A stretch of DNA of 64,000 nucleotides from Brevundimonas sp. (GCA_034676465.1 JAUCCG010000069.1:1283-65282); one strand, 5' to 3'; shown: positions 22,764 to 36,186, counted from the first letter of the stretch. Notes: generated by a model not told the origin, from the sequence alone. Numbers and translations: made by a program.

Positions 22764-22984
22764 GGAGAGCTTCCTCTGGTCAAAGCCGCCCGGACATCCG
22801 GTTGCGCGATCGCGCGACAGACGACGGGGCACACAGGTCCCCGCCGCGCGCGGCGAAAGCCTGCTGCGGCAAACGCGGATATAGTGCGTGGCGAAGCCGT
22901 CGTCCATGTATCCATGACAGCGTTGTGGAGATTGAGAATGGGTCTCAATCTACGGGTATCGCGACGTCCGCGAGGGGAGGCCGC

Positions 22985-23608
22985 ATGATCACCACCGTGA
23001 CCGTCAGCGGCCTGGCCCTGTCCCGCGGCGAGCGTGTCCTGTTCCGCGACCTCGACCTGACGCTGACCGGCGGTGAGGCCGTGGCCCTGACCGGGGCCAA
23101 TGGCGCGGGCAAGACCAGCCTGCTGCGCGCCGTCGCCGGTTTCATCCGCCCCGAAGCCGGCACCGTGACCTTCAACGGCGCTGACGGCGACCGGATCGAC
23201 CCGCAGGACGCGCGGGCGCACGGCCTGCATCTGCTGGGTCATCTCGACGGGCTCAAGACCGCCCGCACCGCCCGTGATGAGCTGATGTTCCAGTCGCAAT
23301 GGCTGGGGCACACGCCCGATGGCATCGCCGGGGCGATCGAGACCCTGGGCCTCGCCCCCCTGCTCGATCTGGAGGTGCGCAAGCTCTCTGCCGGACAGCG
23401 GCGGCGGCTGGCCCTGGCGCGTCTGATCGGCGCGCCCCGGTCATTGTGGCTGCTGGACGAACCGCTCAGCCCGCTCGACGCCCGCTGGCGCGCCGCCGTC
23501 GGCGCGATGATGACGCGTCACCTTGAGGCGGGTGGTCTGATCCTGGCCGCCGTCCATGACCCCCTGCCGATCCCGGCCCGGGCGCTTGATCTGGGAGCGG
23601 GTCGATGA
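22985..23608 (+). CDS. ccmA: Heme exporter ATPase
   Basis: GANGAGKTS; LSAGQRRR; WLLDEP; first gene of the ccm operon. Confidence 0.93.
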   Translation: MITTVTVSGLALSRGERVLFRDLDLTLTGGEAVALTGANGAGKTSLLRAVAGFIRPEAGTVTFNGADGDRIDPQDARAHGLHLLGHLDGLKTARTARDELMFQSQWLGHTPDGIAGAIETLGLAPLLDLEVRKLSAGQRRRLALARLIGAPRSLWLLDEPLSPLDARWRAAVGAMMTRHLEAGGLILAAVHDPLPIPARALDLGAGR

Positions 23609-24282
23609 GCCCGGTCCGTACCGCCCTGGCCGTGCTGTTCCGGCGTGAGCTGTCGCTGGCCTGGGGCGGAGGCGGCGGGCCGCTGCTGGCCTGCGGCTTC
23701 TTCGCCTGCCTGACCGTGCTGGTGCCGCTAGCCGCCGGCGGCGATCCGGTCGGGCTGAAGCCGATCGCCTCGGCCATCGCCTGGCTGGCGCTGGCGCTGG
23801 CCGCGATGCTGTCGCTGGAGCGACTGTTCGAACGCGACCTCGAGGACGGGGCGCTGGACCTGCTGGCCACCGGCCCCCTGCCGCTGGAAGCGGTCTTTGC
23901 GGTCAAGGCGTTCAGCCAGTGGCTGGCGACCGGCCTGCCGCTGGCCCTGACCGCCCCGGTCGCGGCCCTGACCCTGGGCATGTCGCCCGACCTGATGCCG
24001 ATAACAGCCCTGGCCGCGGCCGTCGGCGGTCTGGGCTTCGCCTTTACCGGCGCGATGGGAGCCGCCCTGGCGCTGGGCACACGGCGTGGCGGCCTGCTGA
24101 TCGCCATCGTCGTCCTCCCCCTGTTCATCCCGCCGGTGGTGTTCGGGGCCGGGGCGCTGGAGCGGGCCGCCAGCGGCATGGACCCCGCTCCGGCCCTGGC
24201 CCTGCTGACCGCCTATGCCCTGTTCGCCATGGTCATCGGCCCCCTTGCCGGGGCGGCCGCGATCCGTAACGCCCAGGGTTGA
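23605..24282 (+). CDS. ccmB: Heme exporter permease
   Basis: [15 protein letters not shown]; [11 protein letters not shown]. Confidence 0.93.
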   Translation: MSPVRTALAVLFRRELSLAWGGGGGPLLACGFFACLTVLVPLAAGGDPVGLKPIASAIAWLALALAAMLSLERLFERDLEDGALDLLATGPLPLEAVFAVKAFSQWLATGLPLALTAPVAALTLGMSPDLMPITALAAAVGGLGFAFTGAMGAALALGTRRGGLLIAIVVLPLFIPPVVFGAGALERAASGMDPAPALALLTAYALFAMVIGPLAGAAAIRNAQG

Positions 24283-24363
24283 GGTTCACCCGTACCACCC
24301 CGCGCGATCGGTCGCGCCTGCCTCATGTAGCGCGACGCGCGATAGGCCACTAAGAAGCTCCCC

Positions 24364-25088
24364 ATGTTCGGTCTCGCCAATCCCGAGCGCTTCATGCGCT
24401 TCACCCGCCCCGTGACGCCGGGTCTGTGGGCGCTGGCCGCCGTGCTGCTGGCCATCGGCACCTGGCTGTCGTTCACCGCCCCCGAAGACTATCAGCAGGG
24501 CGATACGGTGCGGATCATGTTCGTCCATGTCCCGGCCGCCACCCTGGGCCTGATGGCCTATGCGGCGCTGGGCGTGTCCAGCTTCTTCGCCCTGGCGTTC
24601 CGCCATCCGCTGGCCGACGCCGCCGCCCGCGCCGCCGCGGTGCCCGGGGCGGCCTTCACCGCCCTTGCCCTGGTCACGGGTTCGCTGTGGGGCAAGCCGA
24701 TGTGGGGGGCGTGGTGGGCGTGGGGGGCGACGCCCGGCTGATGTCGGTGCTGATCCTGTTCCTGTTCTATCTCGGCTATATCGCCCTGCGCTCCGCAATC
24801 GACGACGAGGTCCGGGCCGGACGCGCCGCCGCGGTGCTGGGTCTGGTCGGGCTGATCAATCTGCCGATCGTCAAATTCTCGGTCGACTGGTGGAACACCC
24901 TGCACCAGCCCGCCTCGCTGCTGCGCATGGGCGGCCCGTCGATGAGCGAGGCCTTCCTGACCCCGCTGCTGACGATGATCGCCGCCTATGCCGCCCTGTT
25001 CGGGGCCCTGTGGCTGACCGCCATCCGTACCGAAGTCACCCGCCGCCGGGTGCTGACCCTGCGCGCCCGCGCCGCCCTGGAGGCCTGA
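24364..25088 (+). CDS. ccmC: Heme exporter CcmC (frameshift in a G-run near 24725)
   Basis: RIMFVHVP; TGSLWGKPMWGAWW; SVDWWNTLHQ. Confidence 0.92.
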
Positions 25089-25089
25089 G

Positions 25090-25266
25090 ATGCCCGACCT
25101 CGACATGGGACCCTATGCCGCCTTCGTCTGGCCCGCCTGGGGGCTCAGCGCCCTGGTGCTGGGCGCGCTGGTCGTTCGCGCGGTGCGCGCCGCCCGGCGC
25201 TGGCGCCGTGATCTGGCGGCGCTGGAAGCGGTCCGGGCCGCTGACCCGACCGGAGCCGGGACATGA
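25090..25266 (+). CDS. ccmD: Heme exporter CcmD
   Basis: MPDLDMGPYAAFVWPAWGLSALVLGALV..., 58 aa, between ccmC and ccmG. Confidence 0.85.
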   Translation: MPDLDMGPYAAFVWPAWGLSALVLGALVVRAVRAARRWRRDLAALEAVRAADPTGAGT

Positions 25267-25829
25267 ACCGCTGGCTGTCCCTGATCCCGCTGGCCGTCGT
25301 CGCGGCGCTGGCCGCCCTGTTCATCGGCTGGTCGCTGAAGCGGGACCCGGCCTTCAAGCCTGACGCCCTGGTCGGCCAGCCGATCCCCGAGACCGTCCTG
25401 CCGCTGCTGACCGGCGACGGCGCCGGACCGGGCTATGTCGACCTCAAGACCGCCGGGGTCGGGCGGCCGATGATCGTCAATGTCTTCGCCTCGTGGTGTG
25501 CGCCGTGCCGGGTCGAGAATCCGACCCTGCTGGCTCTCAAGGCCCGGGGCGTAGCGGTGGTCGGCATCGCCTACAAGGACGAGCCCGCGGACACGCGCAA
25601 ATTCCTCGAACAGTTCGGCGACCCCTTCGCCAAGGTGCTGGTCGACCGCGACGGGCGGGCCGGGCTGGATCTGGGCATCTCGGGCGTGCCCGAAACCTTC
25701 GCGGTCGACGCCATGGGCACGGTGGTGGCCAAACATACCGGGCCGCTGATCGACCAGGCCGACGTCGACCGCCTCGTGGCCGCGATGCAGGCCCCGCCGC
25801 GCCCCCTGCCCACAGCCACGCGGCGCTGA
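25263..25829 (+). CDS. ccmG: Thiol:disulfide interchange protein CcmG/DsbE
   Basis: NVFASWCAPCRVE; GISGVPETF. Confidence 0.92.
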   Translation: MNRWLSLIPLAVVAALAALFIGWSLKRDPAFKPDALVGQPIPETVLPLLTGDGAGPGYVDLKTAGVGRPMIVNVFASWCAPCRVENPTLLALKARGVAVVGIAYKDEPADTRKFLEQFGDPFAKVLVDRDGRAGLDLGISGVPETFAVDAMGTVVAKHTGPLIDQADVDRLVAAMQAPPRPLPTATRR

Positions 25830-25889
25830 TCCGGCGCTTCCGACAACCGCGTTAACCCTTTTTCGACAGGATTGGTTAACCGTCCTGGC

Positions 25890-26146
25890 ATGAGCGCGAT
25901 CGACCCGACCTCCCCGCCCTGACGCCCGGCACCGGCCTGACCCCGGCCAGCGGTGCCGCGGCCGACGCCGCCGCCCGCGCCGCCTTCTTTCGCGCCGCCC
26001 TGGGTCAGGTTCAGGCCACTTCCGTCCCGGCGCGAGCCGCGGCCTCGTCGCCCGCCGCTGCGACCGCGACGGCGGGCGTGGCGCGGTCCGAGCCGTCACC
26101 GGACCGTCCCGGGCGGCCCGGTTCCCTGCTGGATATCCGCGTCTAG
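25890..26146 (+). CDS. Small Pro/Ala-rich hypothetical protein (frameshifted)
   Basis: ATG at 25890; ends RPGSLLDIRV*; two GTTAAC sites upstream (25851, 25875). Confidence 0.5.
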
Positions 26147-26165
26147 AGTGGATCCTGGCCGGCGA

Positions 26166-26745
26166 TCAGACCTTTTTGCCCCTGGCCGTCTTGTCCGGTT
26201 TGGCCGCCTTCCTGGCCAGCCGCTCGGCCTTGCGCGCCTCCTTGAGAGCCTTTTTGGCAGCGCGCGCCTCGGCCTGGGCCTTGTCCGGGACGTCGTCGGC
26301 GGCCGAGGCCAGATCCGACAGCAGGGCCAGAAAGCCGTCGCGCTTGCCCTTGGGCAGCAGGGCCATGATGCGCTTGTCGGCCGCCTCGACCCGGGGCCGG
26401 GCCGCGTCGAGCGCCGCCGCGCCCGCGTCCGACAACCGCACGGCCATGGCCCGCGCGTCGATCACCGACCGCTTGCGCTCCAGCAACCCCTTGCGGGTCA
26501 TCCGCACAACCAGATCGGCCAGGGTCGAGCGATCGATTCCGGTCGTCCGCACCAGGTCAGTCTGGGTCAGGCCTGATTTCTGCGACACGGCCCTCCAGCA
26601 CCGCGAACTGGCGCTGGGTCAGGCCATCGGGCCCGGTTTCTGCGGCATAGATGTCGAGCGCCAGCTGCAGGGCCCGATGAATTAGGTGGCTGGGCGACAC
26701 GGCCAGCTGCCCGGTCCATCGCGCCTGTTTGCCGGACTTGACCAT
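26166..26745 (-). CDS. MarR-family regulator (frameshift near 26590)
   Basis: SPSHLIHRALQ..LTQRQFAVL; GIDRSTLADLV; DARAMAVRLSDAG. Confidence 0.85.
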
Positions 26746-26824
26746 CAACCGTACCCCTTCAGCCTGTTCCGTGGCGCTGTCCGGCGCGCCCTGCGGTTTG
26801 ACGACGGATCGCCGGTGGGTTCGC

Positions 26825-27436
26825 TCATATCCCCGGATCGGGCGAGATCGGCCCCGGCTCCTCGCCTGTCGGCAGCAGGTTCTTCATGATGAAGGGCACC
26901 GGCAGCAGGCCGAACACGATCGCGAGTATAAACAGCCCTACCCGGAACTGAACCCAGGTCCCGTCAGACTGGGTGCGCCAGATGACCTCGTTGGTCACCG
27001 CCACCGTCGCGAAAGACAGGCCATAGCGCAGGGTCAGCGTGCGCCAGGCCTGGTTGGTCGCCCGGATGGCGTCGCCCAGCAGATATTTGAACGGTGACCG
27101 GTCCAGCGGAAGGCGGGCCCAGCAGCACCACCGCCAGCAGGGGATTTTTAACGGGTCAGCTTGATCTTGATCAGGCTTTCATCGTGAAAGACGATCGTCA
27201 TCGTGCCGAACACCAGGGCGAACAGGCCGGTGATCAGCGGCAGGGGCGCGAACCGCTTCTCGACGAAATAGCCGGTCGCCAGGGCCAGGGGCGGAAGCGA
27301 TGACCAGCACCCATGTGGCCTTGATCATGTCGCGGGTGACGAAATAGGCGACGGCGAAGGCCACCAGGGCCCCGAAATCCACGGCCTGGCGGATCCACTG
27401 GCCGGACTTGGGCGCGGAGGTACTCGTCTCGACCAT
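26825..27436 (-). CDS. yciB: Inner-membrane septation protein IspZ/YciB (frameshifted)
   Basis: DFGALVAF; HDESLIK; NEVIWRTQ...WVQF; directly downstream of ftsY. Confidence 0.8.
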
Positions 27437-27438
27437 TC

Positions 27439-28375
27439 TCAGTCCTCAAGCCCGACCAGCGAGCGCGAAAAGGCCCGGGCGTCGAACGGCTGCAGATCCT
27501 CGATACCCTCGCCGACGCCGATGAGCTCCATCGGAGCGTCCGACGCCTGGGCCACGGGTACCAGCACAACCGCCGCGGGCGGTGCCGTCTAGCTTGGTCA
27601 TCACCAGACCCGACACATAAGCGGTCCGGCCGAAGATCTGTTCCTGGGCCAGGGCATTGCGGCCGACGGTGGCGTCGAGCACCAGCAGGGTCTCGTGCGG
27701 GGCCTCGGGATCGATCTTCTTCAGGACCCGCACGATCTTCAGCAGCTCGTCCATCAGGGCCGACTTGTTCTGCAGCCGCCCGGCGGTGTCGATCAGGACC
27801 ACATCGTAGCCCTCGGCCTTCGCCCTGGTATAGGCGTCGAAGGCCAGGCCGGCGGGGTCTGCCCCGTCACGACGGCTCTCGAAATCGGCCCCCGCGCGCT
27901 CGGCCCAGACCTTGAGCTGTTCGCGGGCGGCGGCGCGGAAGGTGTCGCAGGCGACGATCATCACCTTCGCACCCTCACCGGTCAGGTCGGCGGCGATCTT
28001 GCCGAGCGTCGTGGTCTTGCCCGAGCCATTGACCCCGACGAACAGGGTGACCAAGGGTTTGGGCCCGTTCAGCGGTTCATAGGCGGCCTGGCGCGGCAGC
28101 AGTTCGGCGGCGACCGCCTCGGCCAGGGCCTCCTTGACCTCGCGCTCGTCGGCACCCTTGCCGAAGCGCAGCTCGCGAAAGCGCTCGACGATCCGTGCCG
28201 AGGCGGCGGGGCCCAGATCACTCTCGATCAGATGCTCTTCCAGCTGCTCCAGCGCCGCCTCGCTGAGGGGCTCGCGGATGAAGGTGGCGACGACCTGTTC
28301 GGTCATCTGTTTCGAGGATCGGCCCAGCCCCTCACTCAGCCGCGAGAGCCAGCCCTTTTTCGGCGTATCAGTCAT
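27439..28375 (-). CDS. ftsY: SRP receptor (frameshift near 27570)
   Basis: GVNGSGKTTT; DTFRAAA; DTAGRLQN; TKLDGTARGG; IGVGEGIEDLQPFD. Confidence 0.95.
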
Positions 28376-28673
28376 GAGCAGGGCCTTAGCCGACTGCGCC
28401 AGCCGCGTCACGCGAACGCGGACAATTGAGGGGGCCGGGGTGTCCCTTCGAAAAAACACAGTCCACTGGGTCCACTGAGTCCACATTGACCGGGGGCTGA
28501 CCCGGAGCGTCGGACCCCGGTTGGTGATCGAGCGGCATTATAGGGGGCCCGGGGACGGGGGGTCGGTCGATTGGCCGAAGTTTTTTGTAGCGGCTGGTTT
28601 TCGTTGGAGGTTTTTTTCGCGGATCGGGAAAATCCGTGCGAGGTTTTGTCGGTCTGGCGCAATGCGGCGCGGG

Positions 28674-28747
28674 GTCGTGTCCGCGACAGGGTCGCGCGCT
28701 CCCGCGCCGCCGGGTCCCGGATCGCGCTGCGCCTGTCCGGGATGACG
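28674..28747. repeat. Degenerate REP/RIME-like palindrome
   Basis: GGTCCCGGATC..GTCCGGGATGAC right arm with a decayed left arm. Confidence 0.55.
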
Positions 28748-28821
28748 AAAGCAGAGAACGGGTTTTGCGGTCGTTAGCTTCCGGCTGGTAGAAGGGGGCT
28801 GACCTGTCGGCGGAACCATTG

Positions 28822-30874
<2,053 letters not shown>

Positions 30875-30926
30875 GACCACCGTCCAGACACGCCCCCCGC
30901 TTCATCGCCTCACGCAGAGAGCCACC

Positions 30927-31152
30927 ATGACCGACACCCCCCACCAAGGACTCCAACGGCAACATCCTCGCCGACGGCGACAGCGTCACCCTGATCAAGG
31001 ACCTCAAGGTCAAGGGTTCGGGCGGGGTCACGCTGAAGCGCGGGACCCTGGTCAGGAACATCCGGCTGACCGGCGACGAGGACGAGATCGAGGCCAATGT
31101 CGACAAGGTGCGCGGGCTGGTGCTGCGCACCCAGTTCGTCAAGAAGGCATGA
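30927..31152 (+). CDS. PhnA/YjdM-like small protein (frameshift in a C-run)
   Basis: KDSNGNILADGDSVTLIKDLKVKG...LRTQFVKKA*. Confidence 0.85.
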
Positions 31153-31583
31153 TCCGGACCCTCGCCGCCCTGGCCCTCGCGCTCAACCTCCTGATGGCCG
31201 GACCCGTCGCCGCCGGACCGGTCGAGGCGGCGTCCGCGGGCTTCGAGTCGCAGATGGCGGCCTGGAACCGCGGCGACATCGAGGGGGCGCTGGCCCTGTA
31301 TCTCGACACCGCCGACATCCTCTGGGTCAGCCGCGCCGGGGCCGAGCGGGGGTTCGCGCCGTTCGCCGCCGCCATGCGCGCCGATTTCGCCGGCCATCCG
31401 GAGACGATGGGTGTCTACACCGGCGAGGTGCTGGACGCGCTGGTGCTGGGACCCGACCAGGTGGCCCTGATCGTGCGCTGGCGGATCATGCGTGACGACA
31501 CCCGGCTGTTCGGGGGCGTTTCAACGCAGATCTGGCAACGGAGCGACGGTGAGTGGCGCATCGTGCTGGAGCACGCCAGTTGA
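31149..31583 (+). CDS. Exported NTF2/DUF4440-like protein
   Basis: Signal peptide; AAWNRGDIEG; WRIVLEHAS*. Confidence 0.8.
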   Translation: MIRTLAALALALNLLMAGPVAAGPVEAASAGFESQMAAWNRGDIEGALALYLDTADILWVSRAGAERGFAPFAAAMRADFAGHPETMGVYTGEVLDALVLGPDQVALIVRWRIMRDDTRLFGGVSTQIWQRSDGEWRIVLEHAS

Positions 31584-31586
31584 CCG

Positions 31587-32460
31587 CTATTTGACCCCGG
31601 CGAGGAATTCGAAGATCGCGGCCCGGGCCTCGGGCTCGTCCAGCATCGGGGCGTGGCCGACACCCGGCACCTGGACATAGGCCATCTTGCGCGCCGCCTT
31701 GCGCATCCTGGCGACGATCTCGGGGCTGAGCAGGTCCGAGGTCTCGCCGTGCACCAGCAGCACCGGCCGGCCCCGGGTCAGGCGTCGGAAGAAGGGCCAC
31801 AGATTGGGCACCATGGCCTTGGCCCCGGCGGCCCGGATCGGCACGGCGATATCGGGATCATAGTCCGGCACCGGCGTGCCCTCCGTCCCCTCGCGGAAGG
31901 TGCGGCGGGCGAAGGCGGCCCAGTCGGCGTCGGTATAGTGGGGCAGGGCCGCGGCGTTGAGCCCCTTCACATGGTCGGCCGCTTCGGCCCAGGTCGAGAT
32001 CTCGACCGCCTGGCCCATATAGGCGGCGATCCGGGCCAGGCCGACCGGCGACACCCTCGGGGCCGACGTCATTGATGATGGCCGCCGCGATCGTCCGTGC
32101 CCGGACGGCGGCGATGGCCATGGTGATCAACCCGCCCATCGAGGTGCCGAGAAAGACCGCCCGGTCGATGCCGGCCTGGTCCATCAGGGCCAGGATGTCG
32201 CGCGCATAGACCTCGGGCGAATAGGTCATCGGGTCGGGGGCCCGGTCCGACCGGCCGCGACCGCGCACATCGACGGCAAGGACGCGGCGACCGCTCTGGG
32301 CGATCAGCGGGGCGATGGTGTCGAAATCGGCACTGTTGCGGGTCAGGCCATGGATGGCGATCACCGGCAGGCGCGCCGCACCCGCGGCACCGCCGTAATC
32401 TCGCGCGAACAGGGTCAATCCATCCGGCGAGGTCCAGCGACGTTCAGCGTATTCCGCCAT
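31587..32460 (-). CDS. Alpha/beta hydrolase (frameshift near 32055)
   Basis: HGLTRN; GTSMGG; GVGHAPML. Confidence 0.88.
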
Positions 32461-32516
32461 GACAAATTCTCCGGATCGGGGTCGTCCAGCTTATTTCATC
32501 GTCACAGGAATTGCGA

Positions 32517-33065
32517 TCAGCCGCCCAGAAGATCGTGGACGAATTCATCCAGATTGCCGCCCTCGAACAGAAAGCCGGGCAGGCCGGCACGCCTGGCCGC
32601 CTCCAGATCCGACGCCCGGTCGCCGATCAGGAACGACCGCGCCGGATCGATACCGTGCTCGGCGATGGCCCGGGTGATCATGTCGGGATTGGGTTTGCGA
32701 TCGGGATGGTCGGGATGGAAATAGCGTTCGTCACGTGCCTCGTTGTGGAAGGGACAGGCATAGACCGCACTGACCCGGGCCCCCTTGGCCGCCAGCCGCC
32801 GCACGATCAGATCATTGAAGGCGTGCATCTGCGTCTCGGTGAACATGCCCCGCGCCACCCCGGACTGATTGGTCACCACCACCACCATATAGCCGAGCGC
32901 ATTCAACCGGCGCACCGCCGCGTCCGCGCCCGGGATCGGGACCAGTTCGGACTCCAGATGCGGATAGCCGGTATCCTCGATCAACACGCCGTCACGATCG
33001 AGGAACACGGCGGGCACGCCGCCGCCCGTCGTCTGGCCGGTTGCGCTGGTCTTTCTGGTCGTCAC
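32517..33065 (-). CDS. gmhB: HAD-IIIA phosphatase (GmhB-like)
   Basis: FLDRDGVL; VTNQSGVARG; RKPNP; IGDRASD. Confidence 0.8.
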   Translation of the reverse strand: MTTRKTSATGQTTGGGVPAVFLDRDGVLIEDTGYPHLESELVPIPGADAAVRRLNALGYMVVVVTNQSGVARGMFTETQMHAFNDLIVRRLAAKGARVSAVYACPFHNEARDERYFHPDHPDRKPNPDMITRAIAEHGIDPARSFLIGDRASDLEAARRAGLPGFLFEGGNLDEFVHDLLGG

Positions 33066-33253
33066 GAATGCACTCCACCCTGCCCCGGGTCGCTTAGGCT
33101 ACCGGGCGGTCGCGTTGCAACCCGCAACGCGAAGTGACCCTGTAGCGTTTGTCCCCGGTGGGGACGGTTTGGTAGGACGTAAGCCACCCCGGGCCTCCGC
33201 CCCGTGCCGCTGCACGCCGGAGCACGCCGACGCCTGATGAGAGAAGCCCTGTC

Positions 33254-34414
33254 ATGACCATCGCCTTCATCGACCTGCAGGCCCAGCGCCTCCGCCTCAA
33301 CGGCCGGATCGAGGCCGCCGTCCAGGAGGCCGTCGTCGGCGGGGCCTGGGTCATGGGCCCGCAGATGCGGCAGTTCGAGACTGACCTCGCCGCCTTCGGT
33401 CAGGCCAAACATGCCCTCGGCTGCGCCAACGGCACCGACGCCCTGGCCCTGCCACTGATGGCCTGGGGCGTGGGCCGTGGTGATGCGGTGTTCGTGCCCA
33501 GCTTCACCTTCGCCGCCACCGCCGAGGTCGTACCCTGGTTCGACGCCGAGCCGGTGTTCGTCGATGTTGATGCCCGGACCTATAATATGGACCCCGGTCA
33601 CCTGGAGGCCGCCATCGAGGCGACCCTGAAGGAGGGCCGGCTCAAGCCGCGCGTGGTCATTGCCGTCGACCTGTTCGGCCAGCCCGCCGACTATCCGGCC
33701 ATCAGGACGATCTGCGACAAATACGGCCTGAAGCTGATCGCCGACTCGGCCCAGGGGTTCGGCTGCACCATCGACGGTGACCAGCCGCTGAAATGGGCCG
33801 ACATCACCACCACCAGCTTCTTCCCGGCCAAGCCGCTGGGCTGCTATGGCGACGGCGGGGCGGTGCTGACCGATGACGACGACCTGGCCCAGTTGATCAA
33901 TTCCCTGCGCGTGCACGGCAAGGCGGTCGCCCGGGACCTTAAGGGGCAGACCTTCGATCACGACCCCAAATATCTGAACATGCGCGTCGGTTTGAACAGC
34001 CGGCTCGACACCATCCAGGCCGCGATCCTGATCGAGAAACTCAAGGTGTTCGGTCAGGAGATCGAATGGCGCAATCGCATCGCCAGCCGCTACAATGTCG
34101 GACTGCGCGCCCATGTCGCGGTGGTGCCGGACGTGCCGGCCGGCAATGTCTCCAACTGGGCGCAATACACCATCGAACACGACGACCGCGACGGCCTCGC
34201 CGCCCACCTGAAAGCGCAGGGCGTGCCGACGGCGGTCTATTATCCGATCCCGCTGCACCTGCAGCCGGCCTATGACATGTACCCGCGCGGGCCGCAGGGG
34301 CTGCCGGTCACCGAGCGACTCAAGGAGCGGGTCATCAGCCTGCCGATGCACGCCGATCTGGACGAAGCGACCCAGGACCGGATCATCGCCGCCGTCGCCA
34401 GCTACAAGGGCTGA
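33254..34414 (+). CDS. DegT/DnrJ sugar aminotransferase (GnnB/WbpE-like)
   Basis: NGTDAL; DSAQGFG; SFFPAKPLGCYGDGG; NSRLDTIQAA. Confidence 0.9.
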   Translation: MTIAFIDLQAQRLRLNGRIEAAVQEAVVGGAWVMGPQMRQFETDLAAFGQAKHALGCANGTDALALPLMAWGVGRGDAVFVPSFTFAATAEVVPWFDAEPVFVDVDARTYNMDPGHLEAAIEATLKEGRLKPRVVIAVDLFGQPADYPAIRTICDKYGLKLIADSAQGFGCTIDGDQPLKWADITTTSFFPAKPLGCYGDGGAVLTDDDDLAQLINSLRVHGKAVARDLKGQTFDHDPKYLNMRVGLNSRLDTIQAAILIEKLKVFGQEIEWRNRIASRYNVGLRAHVAVVPDVPAGNVSNWAQYTIEHDDRDGLAAHLKAQGVPTAVYYPIPLHLQPAYDMYPRGPQGLPVTERLKERVISLPMHADLDEATQDRIIAAVASYKG

Positions 34415-34419
34415 ACCTC

Positions 34420-35354
34420 ATGACGACCCCCCTCCCCCCTGAAGGTCGGCGTCGCCGGCGTCGGCGTCATGGGCCGCAACCACGCCCGCGTGCTGTCGGA
34501 CATCCGCGACTTCGACCTGACCGCGGTGTTCGATCCGGATGCCGTCACGGCCGAGGGCGTCGGCCACCCTCTATGAGGCCCGGGCCTTCACCACGGCCGA
34601 CGACTTCGTCGCCGCCGGCCTCGACGCCGCGGTGGTCGCCACGCCCAACCGCCACCATGCCGAGCTGGGCGTGGCCCTGCTGGAAGCCGGGGTGCATGTG
34701 CTGGTCGAAAAGCCGATCGCCGCCACCGTCGCCGATGCCCAGCGCATGATCGACGCGGCCAGGGCCAATGACCGGGTGTTGATGGTCGGTCAGGTGGAGC
34801 GCTTCAATCCGGCCGTCGACGCGGTCAAGCGGGCTATCGACGGCGACGACATCATCTCGATCCAGATCACCCGTGTCGGCCCGTTCCCGCCGCGCATGGG
34901 CGAGGTCGGGGTGGTCATCGATCTGGCGGTCCACGACATCGACATCATCCGTCACCTGACCAACTCCGAGATCACCGAGGTCCAGCCGCAACTGGCGCGA
35001 ACCAAGGCTGATCGCGAGGACACGGCCCTGCTGCAGTTCCGGCTGGAGAACGGCGTCATCGCCCACATCACCACCAACTGGGTCACGCCCTACAAGGTCC
35101 GCACCCTGCAGGTCGCGACGCGCAACAAATTCGTGGTCGCCGACCTGATCACCCGTCAGGTCACCGAGTATTTCGGCCAGCAGGCCGACGGCTCCTACCA
35201 GACCCGCGCCGTCAACAGCTGGCCGGCCGAGCCGCTGAAAAAGGAACTGGAAGCCTTCGCCCACGCCATCCGCACCGGCGAACCCCCGGCGGTCACCGGC
35301 GAGGACGGGCTGCGCAATCTGGAAGTGGCGTTGAGGTGTCTGGGGGAGGGTTAG
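34420..35354 (+). CDS. Gfo/Idh/MocA oxidoreductase (GnnA/WbpB-like; frameshifted near the start)
   Basis: GVGVMGRNH; LVEKPIA; ERFNPA; DLAVHDID. Confidence 0.88.
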
Positions 35355-35403
35355 CGTCGATGCACCGCATAGCCTTTCGAAAAATCGACGGCACTTAAGG
35401 CGC

Positions 35404-35806
35404 ATGACGCCGGTGCCACGCGGATCTGTCTGGATGGTCGTGGGGGCATTCGTCCTCCTCGGTCCCTATGTGGGCGGGCTCGTCGTTTGGTTGATGCTGG
35501 CTGTCGACAGTTTCGGAGGGTTGGCTCGCCCCCTCACCATCAAGGACGTGCTGGGTTTTCCGTTCGCGGGGCTGATCGGTTATCCGTTCGGCGCGATCCC
35601 GGCAGCGGTAACAGGGCTCATCGGAGGCGCGCTTTCGGCCTCTATCCGATCCAAACCACTCTGGATCGTGCTGGTGACGGCATTGGGTGGACTCTGTATT
35701 GGGGATGATTCTGGGCTGGTCCCTTTTGTTCATGCTCCCCGGCGTTATCGGGGCTTTTGTGGCCGGCCTTTTGGCTCTTCAGGTTCGGCCGCGTTGGCGG
35801 AACTAG
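35404..35806 (+). CDS. Small multi-TM hypothetical protein (frameshift near 35702)
   Basis: Gly-rich hydrophobic segments, GAIPAAVTG; ends VRPRWRN* after the frame correction. Confidence 0.55.
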
Positions 35807-36186
35807 GCGAGGGCGCTCCGAACATCCGTCCGTGCAAAGTCGTCGCCGACGTAGAGCAGCGGGCAGTCGTTGGATTTGGCTACGACGTAACTAAAACAGT
35901 CGCCATAGTTCAGCTCGGCTTCGTGAAATCCCTTGCCCCAACGGCCGTAGGCCTCGGCCGCCGCCTCGGCGACTTCCGCCGTTACGTCCACGACAGTGAG
36001 TTGCAGGCGTTCGAGCAAGATCTCCATGCCCGGCAAGGCCCGCTTGCGCCTTGCAACAATAAGGCATTCGGTCAGCGTCGCGGCCGACATCATAATCGGC
36101 TCCTTCGCCTTCAATGCCGCCTCGCACGCCTCGCCCAGCAACTCCTTCGGAGGATAGCCATCAAGGCGGAGGTATCGACGGCGATC
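35803..36186 (-). pseudogene. vapC: VapC PIN-domain toxin; start codon lost and frameshifted
   Basis: IAVDTSALMAIL; WGKGFHEAELNYGDCFSY; LLYVGDDFARTD. Confidence 0.8.

Noticed and set aside
28461-28484. Short tandem repeat as a CRISPR or iteron array
   Set aside because: Under three 9-bp units, no spacers, and no cas or rep gene.
28533-28540. CGGCATTA matching the start of the IS1595 TIR
   Set aside because: Only 8 bp, with no continuation, partner end or target duplication.
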